Shown: positions 36,436 to 49,469 of the stretch, piece by piece
Numbering within the stretch: the stretch's first letter is position 1
Layout of the letters: each line of letters begins with the position of its first letter
Source of the DNA: Piromyces finnis finn
Taxonomy: Eukaryota > Fungi > Neocallimastigomycota
DNA: 64,000 nucleotides
Direction: 5' to 3'
Assembly: GCA_002104945.1 (NCBI GenBank)
Contig: MCFH01000021.1
Location: 62,001 to 126,000, forward strand
Made by a program: the position numbers and the translations under genes
The notes under the pieces: model-generated
The model's input: the letters and a program-made list of their open reading frames with translations, nothing else
What the model was told of the DNA's origin: nothing
Databases searched by the model: none

Positions 36436-38643
36436 GTAATAGTATAAATTAATTTTAACATTTTTTTTAATAAATATATATTTAATTAAATATATTATTT
36501 AAAAGATTCATTTGACATTGACCTTCTTATTGAAACCTTAAAAAATCTGAAAAAAGGGTAACTATTAAAAACGAAAATATTAAATATAAAGTCCTAGCAT
36601 AGAATTAATATCCAAATATAAATTAATAATTAAAGAATTGCAGTAGATGTTCCAATTTATGATTTTAAAACTCACTCAAGGTATTTAGATTAAAAGATTA
36701 TGTATTTTACCTTAAAATAAATATTATATGTAATATATATTAATAAAACTTAATATATATTAAAAAAAAAAAAAGGGTGGAGGAAACAAGACATGTTTAC
36801 GGTGCAAATGTTGTTGTATTTGAAGGTATTATATACCTAAATAAATTGTCTTTCAATTGATTATTTTTCCTTTTTCTAACAAGTAATAAATATACAGGAA
36901 TTTTTGCATTGTATTTTGAAAAAGTTAGAAAATTAATGGATTTAATGTTATTCATTGATACAGTATGTATTTATTATTATTATTGTTAAACAAAAATTTT
37001 ATTTAACATTTTTTATATAATTTTTAATATTGAATGATTTAAATAAAGGATTCAGATATAAGATTAGCAAGAAGAAGTAAGTTAAAAAATATAAAAAAGT
37101 CTTTAAATGATAATCAATAATAATAATTATATACAAATTATCTTTTAAAAAAGTGAAAAGAGATATTGCAGAAAGAGGAAGAGATATTGATGGTGTTTTA
37201 AAACAATATACAAGATTTGTTAAACCATCTTTTGAAGATTATATTCAACCAAGTAAAAAATATGCTGATGGTAAAAGTTATTAAGTAATTTATTTCTTAT
37301 TAATATCTTTATATTAACTTGACCTTAAATATTTTAAATTTATATAATAAATAGTAATTATACCAAGAGGTGCTGAGAATACAGGTATATTAAAATTTAA
37401 TATATTTGAATGCATATAATAATTTATATATAGAATATTAATTCTTATTAATATATTTATATAAAAAGTTGCTCTTGACATTATTGTGACACATATTAAA
37501 AAAGAATTAGAGGAACATGACATTAAATTTAGAAGTCATATTGCCAACTTTGAAGTAGATAATGATGAATTAATTAATTCTAAACTTCCTAAACCAGAGA
37601 TTAATGAAATAATAAAGGTAATTATTTTCTTTAAATATAAAATTATTTTATTTAGTATTATTATTAAGATATAAATAAATGATTTTAATTTTTCATATAA
37701 TATTATTGATACAAAGAAATCTATTGAACAACTAAATAATGAAGAAACAAAGAATAATAAGAAAATAATTACAAAAATATTTGATACACTAACAGAACAA
37801 GTTGCTGAACAGTATATTTTAAACAATTTTATTAATAATATATCAATAAAGAAAGCTATTGATCTTTAATTATCATTTAATTTGTTTTATATATTATAAT
37901 TAATCAGAGGACTACAATATTTACCAGAAGAATTTATAGATTTATATAATAATAATCCACAAGAATATGTGAAGAAGGTATTTATTTTTTAATATTACGA
38001 AATCTATATAAAACAATTAACTATTATTTTTAAATATTTAATAATTTAGATTTGTACTATTTGTATTTCGAACCTTGGCAAAACAATGGAATCAAATATT
38101 AATCAAATATTAATTCCTATTTCATTAAGAAGTAGTTATAAATCAACTGAAAATATATTGATTCAATCAGCTATAGATCAAAATGAACCTCAAGTAAAAA
38201 CTTATTTAATATAAAAGAATATTATAATATTAAAAACTTCATCTAAATCTTAATATATATATATATATAAACATTATACAGCTATTTGAATGTGAATTAA
38301 AATCAAGCATTAAGGGAAAACATGTTATTTTAGTAGATGCTGTAATTTCAACCGGTTCTGTAGCTATTATGGCAATAAAGGTTTTACTTGATCATAATGT
38401 TAAAGAAGTAAATTTATTTTTTTTTTTATTATAATAATAATAATAATATTTTCTAAAAATGATGGTATTTACTCATTAAACTTTTTATATTATTAGGAAA
38501 ATATTACATTTTTATCTTTACTGTCATCACCAAAAGGTCTTTATATGATATCAAAGACATTCCCAAAAGTCAAATTAATAACATTACATATAGACCCAAT
38601 TTATGAAGATTGTCCAAACCCTTTTAAAATCATCGATTTTTAA
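35573..38643 (+). CDS. URK1: Uridine-cytidine kinase with C-terminal UPRT-like domain (Urk1/UCKL1 type), 18 exons
   Basis: P-loop [50 protein letters not shown]-loop-like [24 protein letters not shown]. Confidence 0.9.
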
Positions 38644-38850
38644 TTATATATAATATATATTAAAAATAAATTATTGAAATATTAAACATATAATAAAATT
38701 AAAAAAAAAATATGGAAATTAAATTTTCCATATTTCAGAATAATGAATAATTTTTTAAAAAAAAATAAATATAAATATTTTTCAAATTATTAATAACCAA
38801 AATAAAACAATTAAATAAATTTTTACATTAATTTTTCTTATATATATAAT

Positions 38851-38988
38851 AGTTGTCGCATTTTCCCCAACGCTATTTTCATTTTTTGAAAATAGCGTAA
38901 AGTATGGAAAATTCAATTTCTATTGCATAATTCCCTTCAATAATAGTTCACTAAAAAGAACCGTATTGTACACTAAATTTTATGCGTA
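38851..38988 (-). ncRNA. Box H/ACA snoRNA (hairpin-H-hairpin-ACA); predicted guide for the SSU rRNA U equivalent to human 18S U1692
   Basis: Minus strand: hairpin 1 (GCATAA/TTATGC lower stem; CAATA/TATTG plus GTTC/GAAC upper stem), H box ATAGAA (38923-38918), hairpin 2 (ATTTTCC/GGAAAAT plus 12-bp ACGCTATTTTCA/TGAAAATAGCGT), ACA at 38856-38854 followed by 3 nt. Pocket strands GTGTA and AAGGG. Confidence 0.8.
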
Positions 38989-39132
38989 TTTTCTTTTTAT
39001 TTTATTTATTTAATATTTATATTTACAATTAATATTTTATTTATTAATTTATATATAAATATCTTTTCATTGTGAAAATTTAATTTTGACATTAGATTTA
39101 CATTTCTTATATATTTTAGTTAAGCACATATG

Positions 39133-39165
39133 ATTGGTTTAATATGTATTATTATTTCTGATTGG
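39133..39165 (-). promoter_or_regulatory. Two CCAAT boxes upstream of the snoRNA
   Basis: ATTGG on + at 39133-39137 and 39161-39165 (minus strand ACCAATCA and CCCAATCAG), 145-175 bp upstream of the predicted 5' end. Confidence 0.4.
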
Positions 39166-40146
39166 GTATTAAACATTATGATATACATTATATTGAATAA
39201 TGACTATATGTTGAATTTCAATAAATCTATGATTATATATTAAAAGAAATTTGAGATTTTTTAATATAAAATTTTCAAATAAAATATTCTTCAATTAAAT
39301 ACAAACTTTAAAATTTTAAATTATCTAGTTTAATATCATTCATATTTTTAAATATTAAATAATGCTCTTTTTATTAATTTCTGTAGTACTATTTAATTAT
39401 TGTTTTGCTCAATTATTAGATAATAGTTATTTAAAATGAATTGTATATATATGCATATTTTTATTAACATTATAATAAAAATTTAATATTACATTTCATA
39501 ATAGTATATGATTAATAATAAATCTTAAAATTTATTATTAATAAAATAATAATATTAAAGTTTAATTCAAAATAAACTCTTTTTTATATTTATTATATTT
39601 TTATAATTTTTCTTACAATTTATTTTATTATTTAAAATAAATAAATTTTGAAAAACTTTAATTTATATTAAAATAAATTTTAATATTTAATTTTAAAACT
39701 ATCCAATTTTTAATTTTAATTTTTATTTCAAATTTTAATTTATAATAAATTTCCATTTTTCAAAAGTGAAATTTGGAGAGAAGTTTTAATAATAAAAAAA
39801 TAATTAATTCTTAAACAATTGGAAAAAAAATCCAAGTGTTATTAAAATATTTTTAATATTATGCATTGTTAAAATAATAAATAATAATTATAAATATATA
39901 AGTATTTATATTTTTTTCATAAAAATTTTGAAATTAATTATTAATAATCAATTCAAATATGTGAAGAAATTGTCTTTACAAAAAATAGAATTATAAAACC
40001 TCGAAAAAAAAAAAAAAAAAACATATAGTCACTAAAAAATAAAAATTAAAAAGAAAAAAAAAAGATACATAATTATTTAATAACAATTATAAAAACTGTA
40101 TTAAAATATAATATATTTAAAAACTAATATAGAATAAAAAAGGAAG

Positions 40147-43100
40147 ATGACGGAAGCTATATATGATTATACTTTTGAAAGTATAAATAAATGTAGAGAT
40201 TTTGTGAAATTTCTACAAAAACGACAACAAATTGAAATTGAATATTCAAAAGCTTTGGGTAAAATATTTTAATAATTTTACTGTAATTTAAAAAATGGTT
40301 TTTCATATATATAAAAATTATATTTGACCAGTTATATCCTAATCATAGGGATATGCACATAAAATAAAATTATTTATAATTAAGAATACTATAATTGGTT
40401 TTGATAAAATAATAAAAATAAAAATATTATTCATAAAAATATTATAAAAATTATATCATTTATATGAAATATGAAATGTATTTCATATTAATACATACTA
40501 TAAATTAGAAAAACAAAATAAAGTATAAAAAGAAATTTACATATTTATTTATTGTTATTCAAAATTAATGAATGTATTTAGAATATCAATCTTTATATTA
40601 CCTTAAATAACTCATAAATATAAATATACAATTTTGTTTAATAGTAAGGCTATGTCAAAGTGTTCAACAAAGATATGGTAATGGAGATGTAGAAGATAAT
40701 AAAACTGATACTCAAAAAATTTTAGAAAATAAGTAAATATATTTTTTAATAAACATTTTTATTTTTATTAAATATTCTATAATAATTAATGATATTATAA
40801 TATACTTTTTTTTAATTATAGTTCATTATGGAGAGGGTTTCAAAGTCTTGTAAAGATTACAGAACAAATTGCCCAAAGTCATGTAATAATAATGTTTATA
40901 ATAGCATTAACAAATCAAAAATATTATAGTTCAAAATATTCTAAATTTTTACTACAATTATAATATAGAAAAAATTTTCATTTTCACTGAAAATGTCAGT
41001 AACAGATCCATTTGTTGAAAATATTACAAGAATGGAAGCACAAAGACAATCAGAACTTATGGAAAGTGATGAGCAGACAAAAAAACTTCAGGAAGCATAC
41101 ACTGAACTCAAAAAAGCAAAACAAGCATATCAAGAAAATAATAATGCTCTAAATGATTTAATGAATTTTAAAGTAAAAGCAATATCAACAAATAATTTTA
41201 AGGAAAAAGATGAAGAAAAGGTTTAACTTGAGTATATATGGATATATAGAATAATTACTCTTTAATATTAATATTACATACTATTAAAATAATTATAAAC
41301 TAGTGGAAAGCCAAATATGATCAAGCAGTTGAAAAAACTAATTATTCAAATGAATGTGTAAAATATTGTGAAGAAGTGTGTAAAAACGCTCAAGAACACT
41401 ACTATCATTCATTACTTCCAGCCCTTCGGGAGGTTAAATTAACAATATAAAGATTTTTTTTTACTTCTTTATAAAAACGAACTAACTAAAGTTTAAATTG
41501 ATATATATTTTAATTTTTAATTTTTATTTATATTATTATCTATTAAATAATAATATATATTATAATTAGAATATTAGAGAGGAAGAAGAAGAAAGAAGTG
41601 CAACTGTAAAAAAGGCAATGCAAAAAGCAACATACTTAGAGCATTGTCATGTCCAAGATTATATAAATGAATTGAACAGTATGAGTACTAGATTAAATGA
41701 AATTGATATCGAAGATGATATTGAAAACTTTGTTGATAATTGTGTATAATTATAGAATATATAATCAACAATTTTCATTAATGAGATTTAATTTTAACTT
41801 CTAAAATTTATTTCTTACTTTTCTTTTTTTTTTAAACATTTTAAAGATATGTGATGATAAGGAAAAAGCATCAAATGTATCAGTTAGAAGTTTACTCGAT
41901 CCGCAAATGACAGGAAGAATGTTTGTTCAAAGAGGTTATTTTTCAATCATTTATTTTATATAGCCTATGATAAAATATTTTAATTACTAAAAAAAAAAAT
42001 AAATTTAAAATAAATTTATATATAAATTATTTATAAAAATTATACTATTAAAAAAAAGGTGATGAAACTGGACAATGGAAATCAAAGTATTTTGTATTAA
42101 TGAAAAAATTCAATAGATTATATTGTTTTGATAATGAAGATGTAAAAATATTTAATATTTATAAATATAATATAAATTTAAATTTAATATATAACTTACC
42201 CTTTACTATATTTACATATTAAAAATAAAAAAAAAGTCTGAAAAACAAAGAGATATTATTGATCTAAATTCATCATCGATTCATACATTAGATTATAGCT
42301 ATTTCTTAAAAAAAAATTGTTTTCAGATTATTACTACTTTTCCTAATCCATTAATTTTATCAAATCAAAATGAAAACCAGTTATTGAATACCGATATCTC
42401 AAAAAATAAAACACCATATCAAGTTCTTATTTATTATTTTACTTTAGATAATGTTAGTGAATTTAATGAATGGGTTTATCAACTGACAGATACTGCTCAT
42501 TGTTGTACAAGATGCCAAAATACTAAAAGCATGTTAAAGAAATATAGCATAAATTGTAATAATCAAATGTTTAATGAATTGGGTATGAATAATATAACAC
42601 AAACAACTGAAGAATCAGAATTTGGTCAAGTTTTAAATCTTAAAAATGCAAAGGAAAAAAAAAATAGTATATCAATTGAATCAGCTTTTTATCCTTCAAT
42701 GAAAGTTATGAAAACATTAAAAGAGAATTGTTCAGATGACGATAGTCAAAATCAAAATTTCTTAAATTGTAATCCGAATTTCCAATTCCAAATTCGTCGT
42801 AATCTCTGTGTTTCAATTTTAGAAGCAAGAGATTTAATAACTACAGACAAACGTAAAAATATTGAACCTTATGTTGTTGTTCTTCTAAATGATATTAAAA
42901 AGGCAAAAACTTCAGTGAAAACAGGATCAGAACCTTTCTGGAGAGAAGAATTTAAATTTAAGTAAATATTTATTTTCTAATTATATAAATTCTTCAATAA
43001 AATAAATAATAAATAATATGCATGTTTTATTTATTATGTATTATTTCATATAATATTCTATTAAATTAATTAGTAATATACCACTTTGTGCTAAAAGAAT

Positions 43101-45975
43101 TCAAATAATTATTATTAACCATCAAAAACTTCAAAAAGATACTGAAATTGGTAATAAATAATATGAAGAATAAATAATGTAAGTAATATAAATTAATATA
43201 TTACCTTTAAAATATTGAAAAGGTTTTGCCGTAATTCCATTCAAAGGTTTAATAAATAAACAAAAAACTGAAAAATGGTATGATGTCCATTCACTTTTAT
43301 ATAATACTAATCAAGTTAATGGATATTATGGAAGTATTAGAATTGCAACACAACTGAATGTGAATATTAAAATATATAATCAATTCTATTTTAATTATAT
43401 TTAAAATAAAGAAAATAATATATATATATATATTAATAACTTTTTTAGAATAAATATTTATTACCATTATATGAATATCAAGATCTTTTAAAAGTATGAT
43501 ATATGAAATATTAAAATAATATATAGGATAAAAATAATAAAAAGAAAATAATAACATTTTAAATATTCACATAAATATAAATTAGATAATATTGGAACCA
43601 TCATTAACTTGTATTAGAATATTAGGCCAATCAATACAACAACGTGAAGATTTTTCAAAATGCTTCCTAGATATAATGATTGAATGCCATAAAGAATTGG
43701 AAGGAATTAAGACATTAACAAAATGTGAGATTGATACAACAGGTAAATTAATATAATGAAACATATTAATTAAAAAAATAATAATATATAATAATAACTA
43801 ATATTATTTTATACTATTTTCGTAATATAATTATTATTAAAAAAATAAAGAGGATCAAAATATTATATTTAGGTATTAATGATAAAATTCATTTTTTAAA
43901 AAAATTTTTATTGAAACAAAGTATCATTTATTTAATGTATAATATATTATCAAAAATTAAAAATATATACAGAGGAAATTCAATGGCAACAAAAACAATA
44001 GATCAATATATGAAAATGGTTGGACATCAATATTTAGAAAATACCATAGGTCGTATTATAAATCAAATATATCTATCAAAGGATTCATGTGAAGTTGATC
44101 CAACAAAAGTAGAAAAAAATGATGACATTAAAAAGCATTGGAAAAGATTATTAACATATGTTTGTGCTATATGGGATGCTATTAAAAAGAGTCAAGATGA
44201 TTGTCCAAAGTAGTTTTTCCAAATACATTTATTTATATATTAATTATTTTTATTAATTACTATTTAATATATTAATTAGGAAATTAAAATATGTTTTTTC
44301 TCAAATCAAATATCAAACTATATTGAAGTTTGCTAATTCAAATGTTCAATATTCAGCTATTAGGTTATTATATATATATCAATGCCTATACTAATATTAT
44401 ATATATAAATTATTTTATTGTTTTTTAACATTATTTTAATTCTTACAATTTTTAGTGGATTTATATTTTTAAGATTCTTTTGTCCTGCTATTTTATCTGT
44501 AAATATCTAATTAATAATATTTAGTTACTTCAATAAGCCATTTTCTGGTAATTCATAAATATTAATTTTTATATATTTTCCTTATAAAAAGCCAAAGCTT
44601 TTTGGATTACAATATGAACATCCGGATCCAGTAACTGCTCGTACTCTCACCTTAATTGCAAAAATTATTCAGAATTTAGCTAATCTATCAGAATTTGAAA
44701 AGAAAGAACCACATATGGCATATTGTAATTCATTCATAAATAAACATATGCATGAAATGAGAGAATTTATTAATAATATATCTGTAAGTAAATAAATGTA
44801 TAATTGTCATATTTAACCTATTAAATTAATAATATTATTGTTATACTTATATTATGGTTTTTTAATAAATAAATATATTTTATATATATAATAAGAACTA
44901 CGGTGCAGAATATGATGAAGATATTGAAGAAGAAATAACAGAAATAATTGATATACAAGAAGAATTAGAAACAATGTATTGCTACTTTCATGATAACATA
45001 GAAATATTGAAAAAACCAGAAAATATCAAAGAACCAAAGATTGAACAAATTATATCAATCGTGGAAAGCATCGATAATGTTCACTTTCAATATATTCAAA
45101 GGTTCTTTGAGAGTTCTGGTAACGAAAATAACTATTACGTTGATGAATTACTAAATGATGAATATAAAATCGAACAGGAATTATATAAAGCTAAAATAGA
45201 AAAAGAAGTATTATCAAGTCCTACAGAATCTTCAAAAGAAGATAAAATTCTAACAATATCAAGTAGAAAAGGAAGTCGTAAAGAAAATAGACATAGTTTT
45301 AATGTTTTAAAATCATCAGAAAAATTGAATGAAGGTAATGATTATATAAATCATTCTAAATCTCTATATGTTGGTCATAAAAAATCACTTTCAGATGAAC
45401 AAAATGGTCATGAACAATCACTTATTGATATTGTAAAAGCAATTACCAATTCTATGTATAATTCAAGAAATATTATTTATTTAAAAGATGACGATAGTAA
45501 TTGGTCAGAATTAGGTAAATCAGTAGATAATGAACCTAATAGAAAATATGATGATGATGATGATATGGAAAACTTATCAGAATATGATGATTTGGACTTT
45601 GGCGCAACGTCCGATCTTAATCTTTCCTCTAGTAAAAATGAAAAGGAAAGAAGATCATCAACCAAAGAAAGAAAAAAAAGTTCTTCACCAAAATATGAAG
45701 AAGAAGAAATAATCAATGTCAAAGAAAATACAATTAGTCGAACAACTACAGATTATTTAAATTATTACAATATAAATGAAGAAGAGGAAAAAAATGAAAG
45801 CGAAGAATCTCGAAAAGAATTAAAAAATGCTTTTGATAAAATTATAAATTCAGATGCACATTTTTCACTATCTCCCACTAGAAATACTAGATCATTAGCT
45901 ATAGGTAAAGCAGCTTCATTAAGAAGAAAACTAAGTAACTTCCATTTTGTTGGTTCATCATCAAATAATCAATAA
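40147..45975 (+). CDS. F-BAR (FCH) - PH - C2 - RasGAP protein, multi-exon
   Basis: N-term FLQKRQQIEIEYSKAL...SLWRGFQSLVKITEQIAQSH (F-BAR); GQWKSKYFVLM..LYCFDNE..FNEWVYQL (PH); LCVSILEARDL..EPYVVV..PFWREEFKF (C2); IIFRGNSMATK and FLRFFCPAILS-PKLFGL (RasGAP). Confidence 0.88.
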
Positions 45976-46353
45976 AACTATATAATGATCATATAATATC
46001 ATTTAAATTATATTTATGATATATATAAATTCATTATTATAATAAAATAATAATAAATTTATATTTTAAATTTTATAATAATTATTATTATAATTATAAA
46101 TTAATTTTTTTCCCATATGATTTTGAAAAAATGTATTTTTAATAAATATTAAAAAAATAAATAAATAAAATTTTATAAAAAGATAAAAACTAATTCTCAA
46201 AAAATTATTTATTAATATATATATATTATTATTATTATAAATATTATATATTATAAATTAATATCATAAGCATAATAATAAATGACTATAAGTGGTATTT
46301 TAAATAATAATTTATTACTTTTATTTTATAACATTGATTTTTCTATTATGACA

Positions 46354-47312
46354 TTAATTACTCTTTTCATTTTTATTCAAGGAATCTAATGAATTTGTTA
46401 TAACTTTAGTTTTTTGCTTTGGTATAACCAATTTCTCTTCTAATACCTCCTTCATAATCTTAATTTCATCAATTAGTCGTAATATATATAAACATCTTTT
46501 TTTAGCTTTTTCAAGATTATACTATTTTAATTAAATATGTAAAATTAAATATGTAAAATAATTTAAAATTGTTAACTATTTATATTATAAAAAAATATTA
46601 TTGTAATTATTATAATAATAAAATCATAGTTCTTACTTGTAAAATATGAATGCCAAACATTGTAATGATTACCTTTATAGTATATTTATCAGGAATAGTA
46701 AATAATTATTATTATTTTATTATAAGGAAAATATATTTGGGTTTTATTATTTACTATATATTATATCTATAATTATAATTATTAAGTTTACCAATTCTAG
46801 TAATCCATCCATATTAAAATCACCAACATATATATCGTAAAGAGGAAAAGCAAATTCTCTTTGCCATATCATTTCAAAGCAATTTTGTTTACTTGAATTT
46901 CCTTCCTCCTCATCTTCTTTTTTATTATCATTATCATCATCTTCCTCTTCTTCTATATTTATATTTTCTTTATAAACTAATAAATCTTGAGAATATGATC
47001 CAATTAATATTTCATTTCTTCCATCAAAATCAACATCCATACTTGTGCAGCATAATAACGTATTATACTTATCACTTTCTGGTAATTTTATTTTTTTCTT
47101 AATTAATAAATTTGTAATATTGTTATTTTCATTTGATGGAGATGATGACACAGTTTTAACTTCTTGTTCTATTGTTTCAAGTGATTTAATAACATATGCA
47201 ATTCCTATTCCACATGTAACAACTAAATTTAATTCATTCTTTTTATTATTACTATTACTATTACTATTACTATTAGTAATATTAATATTATTGATATTTG
47301 AATTATTATTAA

Positions 47313-47350
<38 letters not shown>

Positions 47351-48870
47351 GTAATAGTAGTAGTAGTAGTAGTAGTTGCTGTTGTACTGTTTGCATTTGA
47401 GTTTTGTTCATTGTTTATGTGAATCTCATCATGGTTTCCTTTTTTCAGTATAGTATGTTTAGATTGATTTAAAGCTTCAACAGTCCAAGTGGTATATAAA
47501 TGCATTGATGATATTGGACTAAATAAATTTAATTTGTAATGCTTTTCATTCTGAATATCTTAATAATGTTTTTAAATTATTCATTATTATTTCAATAATA
47601 TTAATCTAATTCAAATATTTAATATATATACCTATTCTCCTTGAAAATAGAATCGGTGCTATTCCTATATGGAGAATTCCATCTGCGTTACCAGCAACAA
47701 TGTATCTTTTATCATTAAAATATTCAACTTGTAATTCCAATGTACTTTTTTTAAGTTTTATATTTAATATATGGTTATATTTATTTAATTTGAAAATGTC
47801 AATGTTAATAATTTTTTGTATTATAATTATAACTTTAATATTGAATATTAATTACATTTGATTTGTATTTTTTAACATCGGTGAAAATGCGTCAATTGGT
47901 ACTTCAAAAACTCTCCCACTAGATTCACTCTATCGTTATTTTTTTAATGGAATTTATTAATACTAATTTTAACTTCTTTATATCAAGATATATTATTATT
48001 TATGTTTCCCTATTGTATATACCTTGTAAAATGCACGAATTTTTTTATCGCCTCCACACAATAAAAAAAGCATTCTATCTTTTCCATTTATATATGCTCT
48101 TATAAAAATAAATATACGTAAATGCTTATTCTTAATAGCTTTATAAATTAAGATAACTATGTAATTTTTAATTTCATATATACCTAGCATGCGCTAATTT
48201 ATATGGAATAAAGCTTATGGGCATTGATTGACGTAAACCAAGTTTTGATAATGATAATTCTGGTTTATCCATTTCCCATGGTGTTTCATATATACTAAAT
48301 GAATAATTTTCTATTATTTCTTTATCAGCAGTATGCAATGTCTTTCATTAAATGAATTTCATATAATAAAATAAATATTAATGATAACATGAATATCTAT
48401 AAAAATATAAAATTATTATATATCATTTTATAGTTTTTATCTACTTGACAAAAGGTTACACCAAATACAATAAAATATTTCTTTTCATAATTGCCTTGAC
48501 TAAAAGAGCCACCACCTAAACTACTATAAATACTACTGTTACTACTACTATTATTATTACTTATAGAACCATTATTTGTCATGATTGCAGTAGAATTAGA
48601 ATTGGGATTCTTTTCTTCTTTACTGTGTGTTTGAAAAAGGTCAAACGATATAACTTCCTGATGATCTAATAATCCTGGTAATTTAGTTTCTAGTATTTTC
48701 CAATTTGCTTGTCGTGTGGCTGCTAAGCATGTTAACTTTCCATTTGAAGAACAAGTAAAAATTAATGGATGATTTTTATTGATAGTCACCACTGAAGCAG
48801 ATGAGTATATATTAGTTCGAGCAGAGATTCTTGTAAATTCTAACTCATCAAAAAGCTCCGAAGAAAACAT
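46354..48870 (-). CDS. KPTN: Kaptin (KICSTOR subunit) with FG-GAP-like C-terminus
   Basis: FTRISARTNIY ~ human FTRFSSQSNVY; MDVDFDGRNEILIGSYSQDLLVYK ~ [51 protein letters not shown] ~ [27 protein letters not shown] (remembered sequence). Confidence 0.85.
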
Positions 48871-49469
48871 AATAAAAAAATTTTTTTTAAATTATTTTCT
48901 AATGTATCTTGATTAATTATAATTTGAAATTAGAAATAATAAAATAGTGATGTGGATTATATAATATATGAATTGAAAATATATAAATATTTTAAAAAAA
49001 AGTATTAAATTTATATTTTCAGTTTATGTTAATATTAGAAATAGGTTTTTCTAAAAAATATATTTATTTATATATATTATATGTAAATCGTGTTAATTAT
49101 AATAATTATATTTTTTATATTTAATTTTATATTTAATTCATATTATTAATCTTTAAATCTTTATAATAAATTATTTATTTTTCTTTTAAAATATGGATTA
49201 ATTAATTAATTTCTGTAAATTCCTTTTTAATTTGAAATAAATTTAGGAAAAGTAAAGCAGTATGAAAATTGGTGGATATCTTCATTTATTGGCTAGTATT
49301 TATGTTTTATAAAATTTTATTTTATAATTATTTTAATTTTTTTTTTTTTATTTTTATTTTTAAATTTCTTGAAATTCATTAAATTTTTATTTTTTTAAAA
49401 TTGGAATTTCATGGGAAAATTAACAAATTTTCTTTTTTTTTAAAATATAAATATACAAAACGTTAAATA
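48871..49469. promoter_or_regulatory. Divergent promoter region shared by KPTN and NUF2, with two ATTGG (CCAAT) motifs
   Basis: Head-to-head starts 600 bp apart; ATTGG at 49268-49272 and 49288-49292. Confidence 0.35.

Noticed and set aside
38870-38898. 12-bp perfect hairpin as a Helitron 3' end or terminator
   Set aside because: No CTRR at the expected distance on either strand; better explained as hairpin 2 of the H/ACA RNA.
39073-39081. RRPE-like TGAAAATTT near the snoRNA
   Set aside because: Expected by chance at this AT content.
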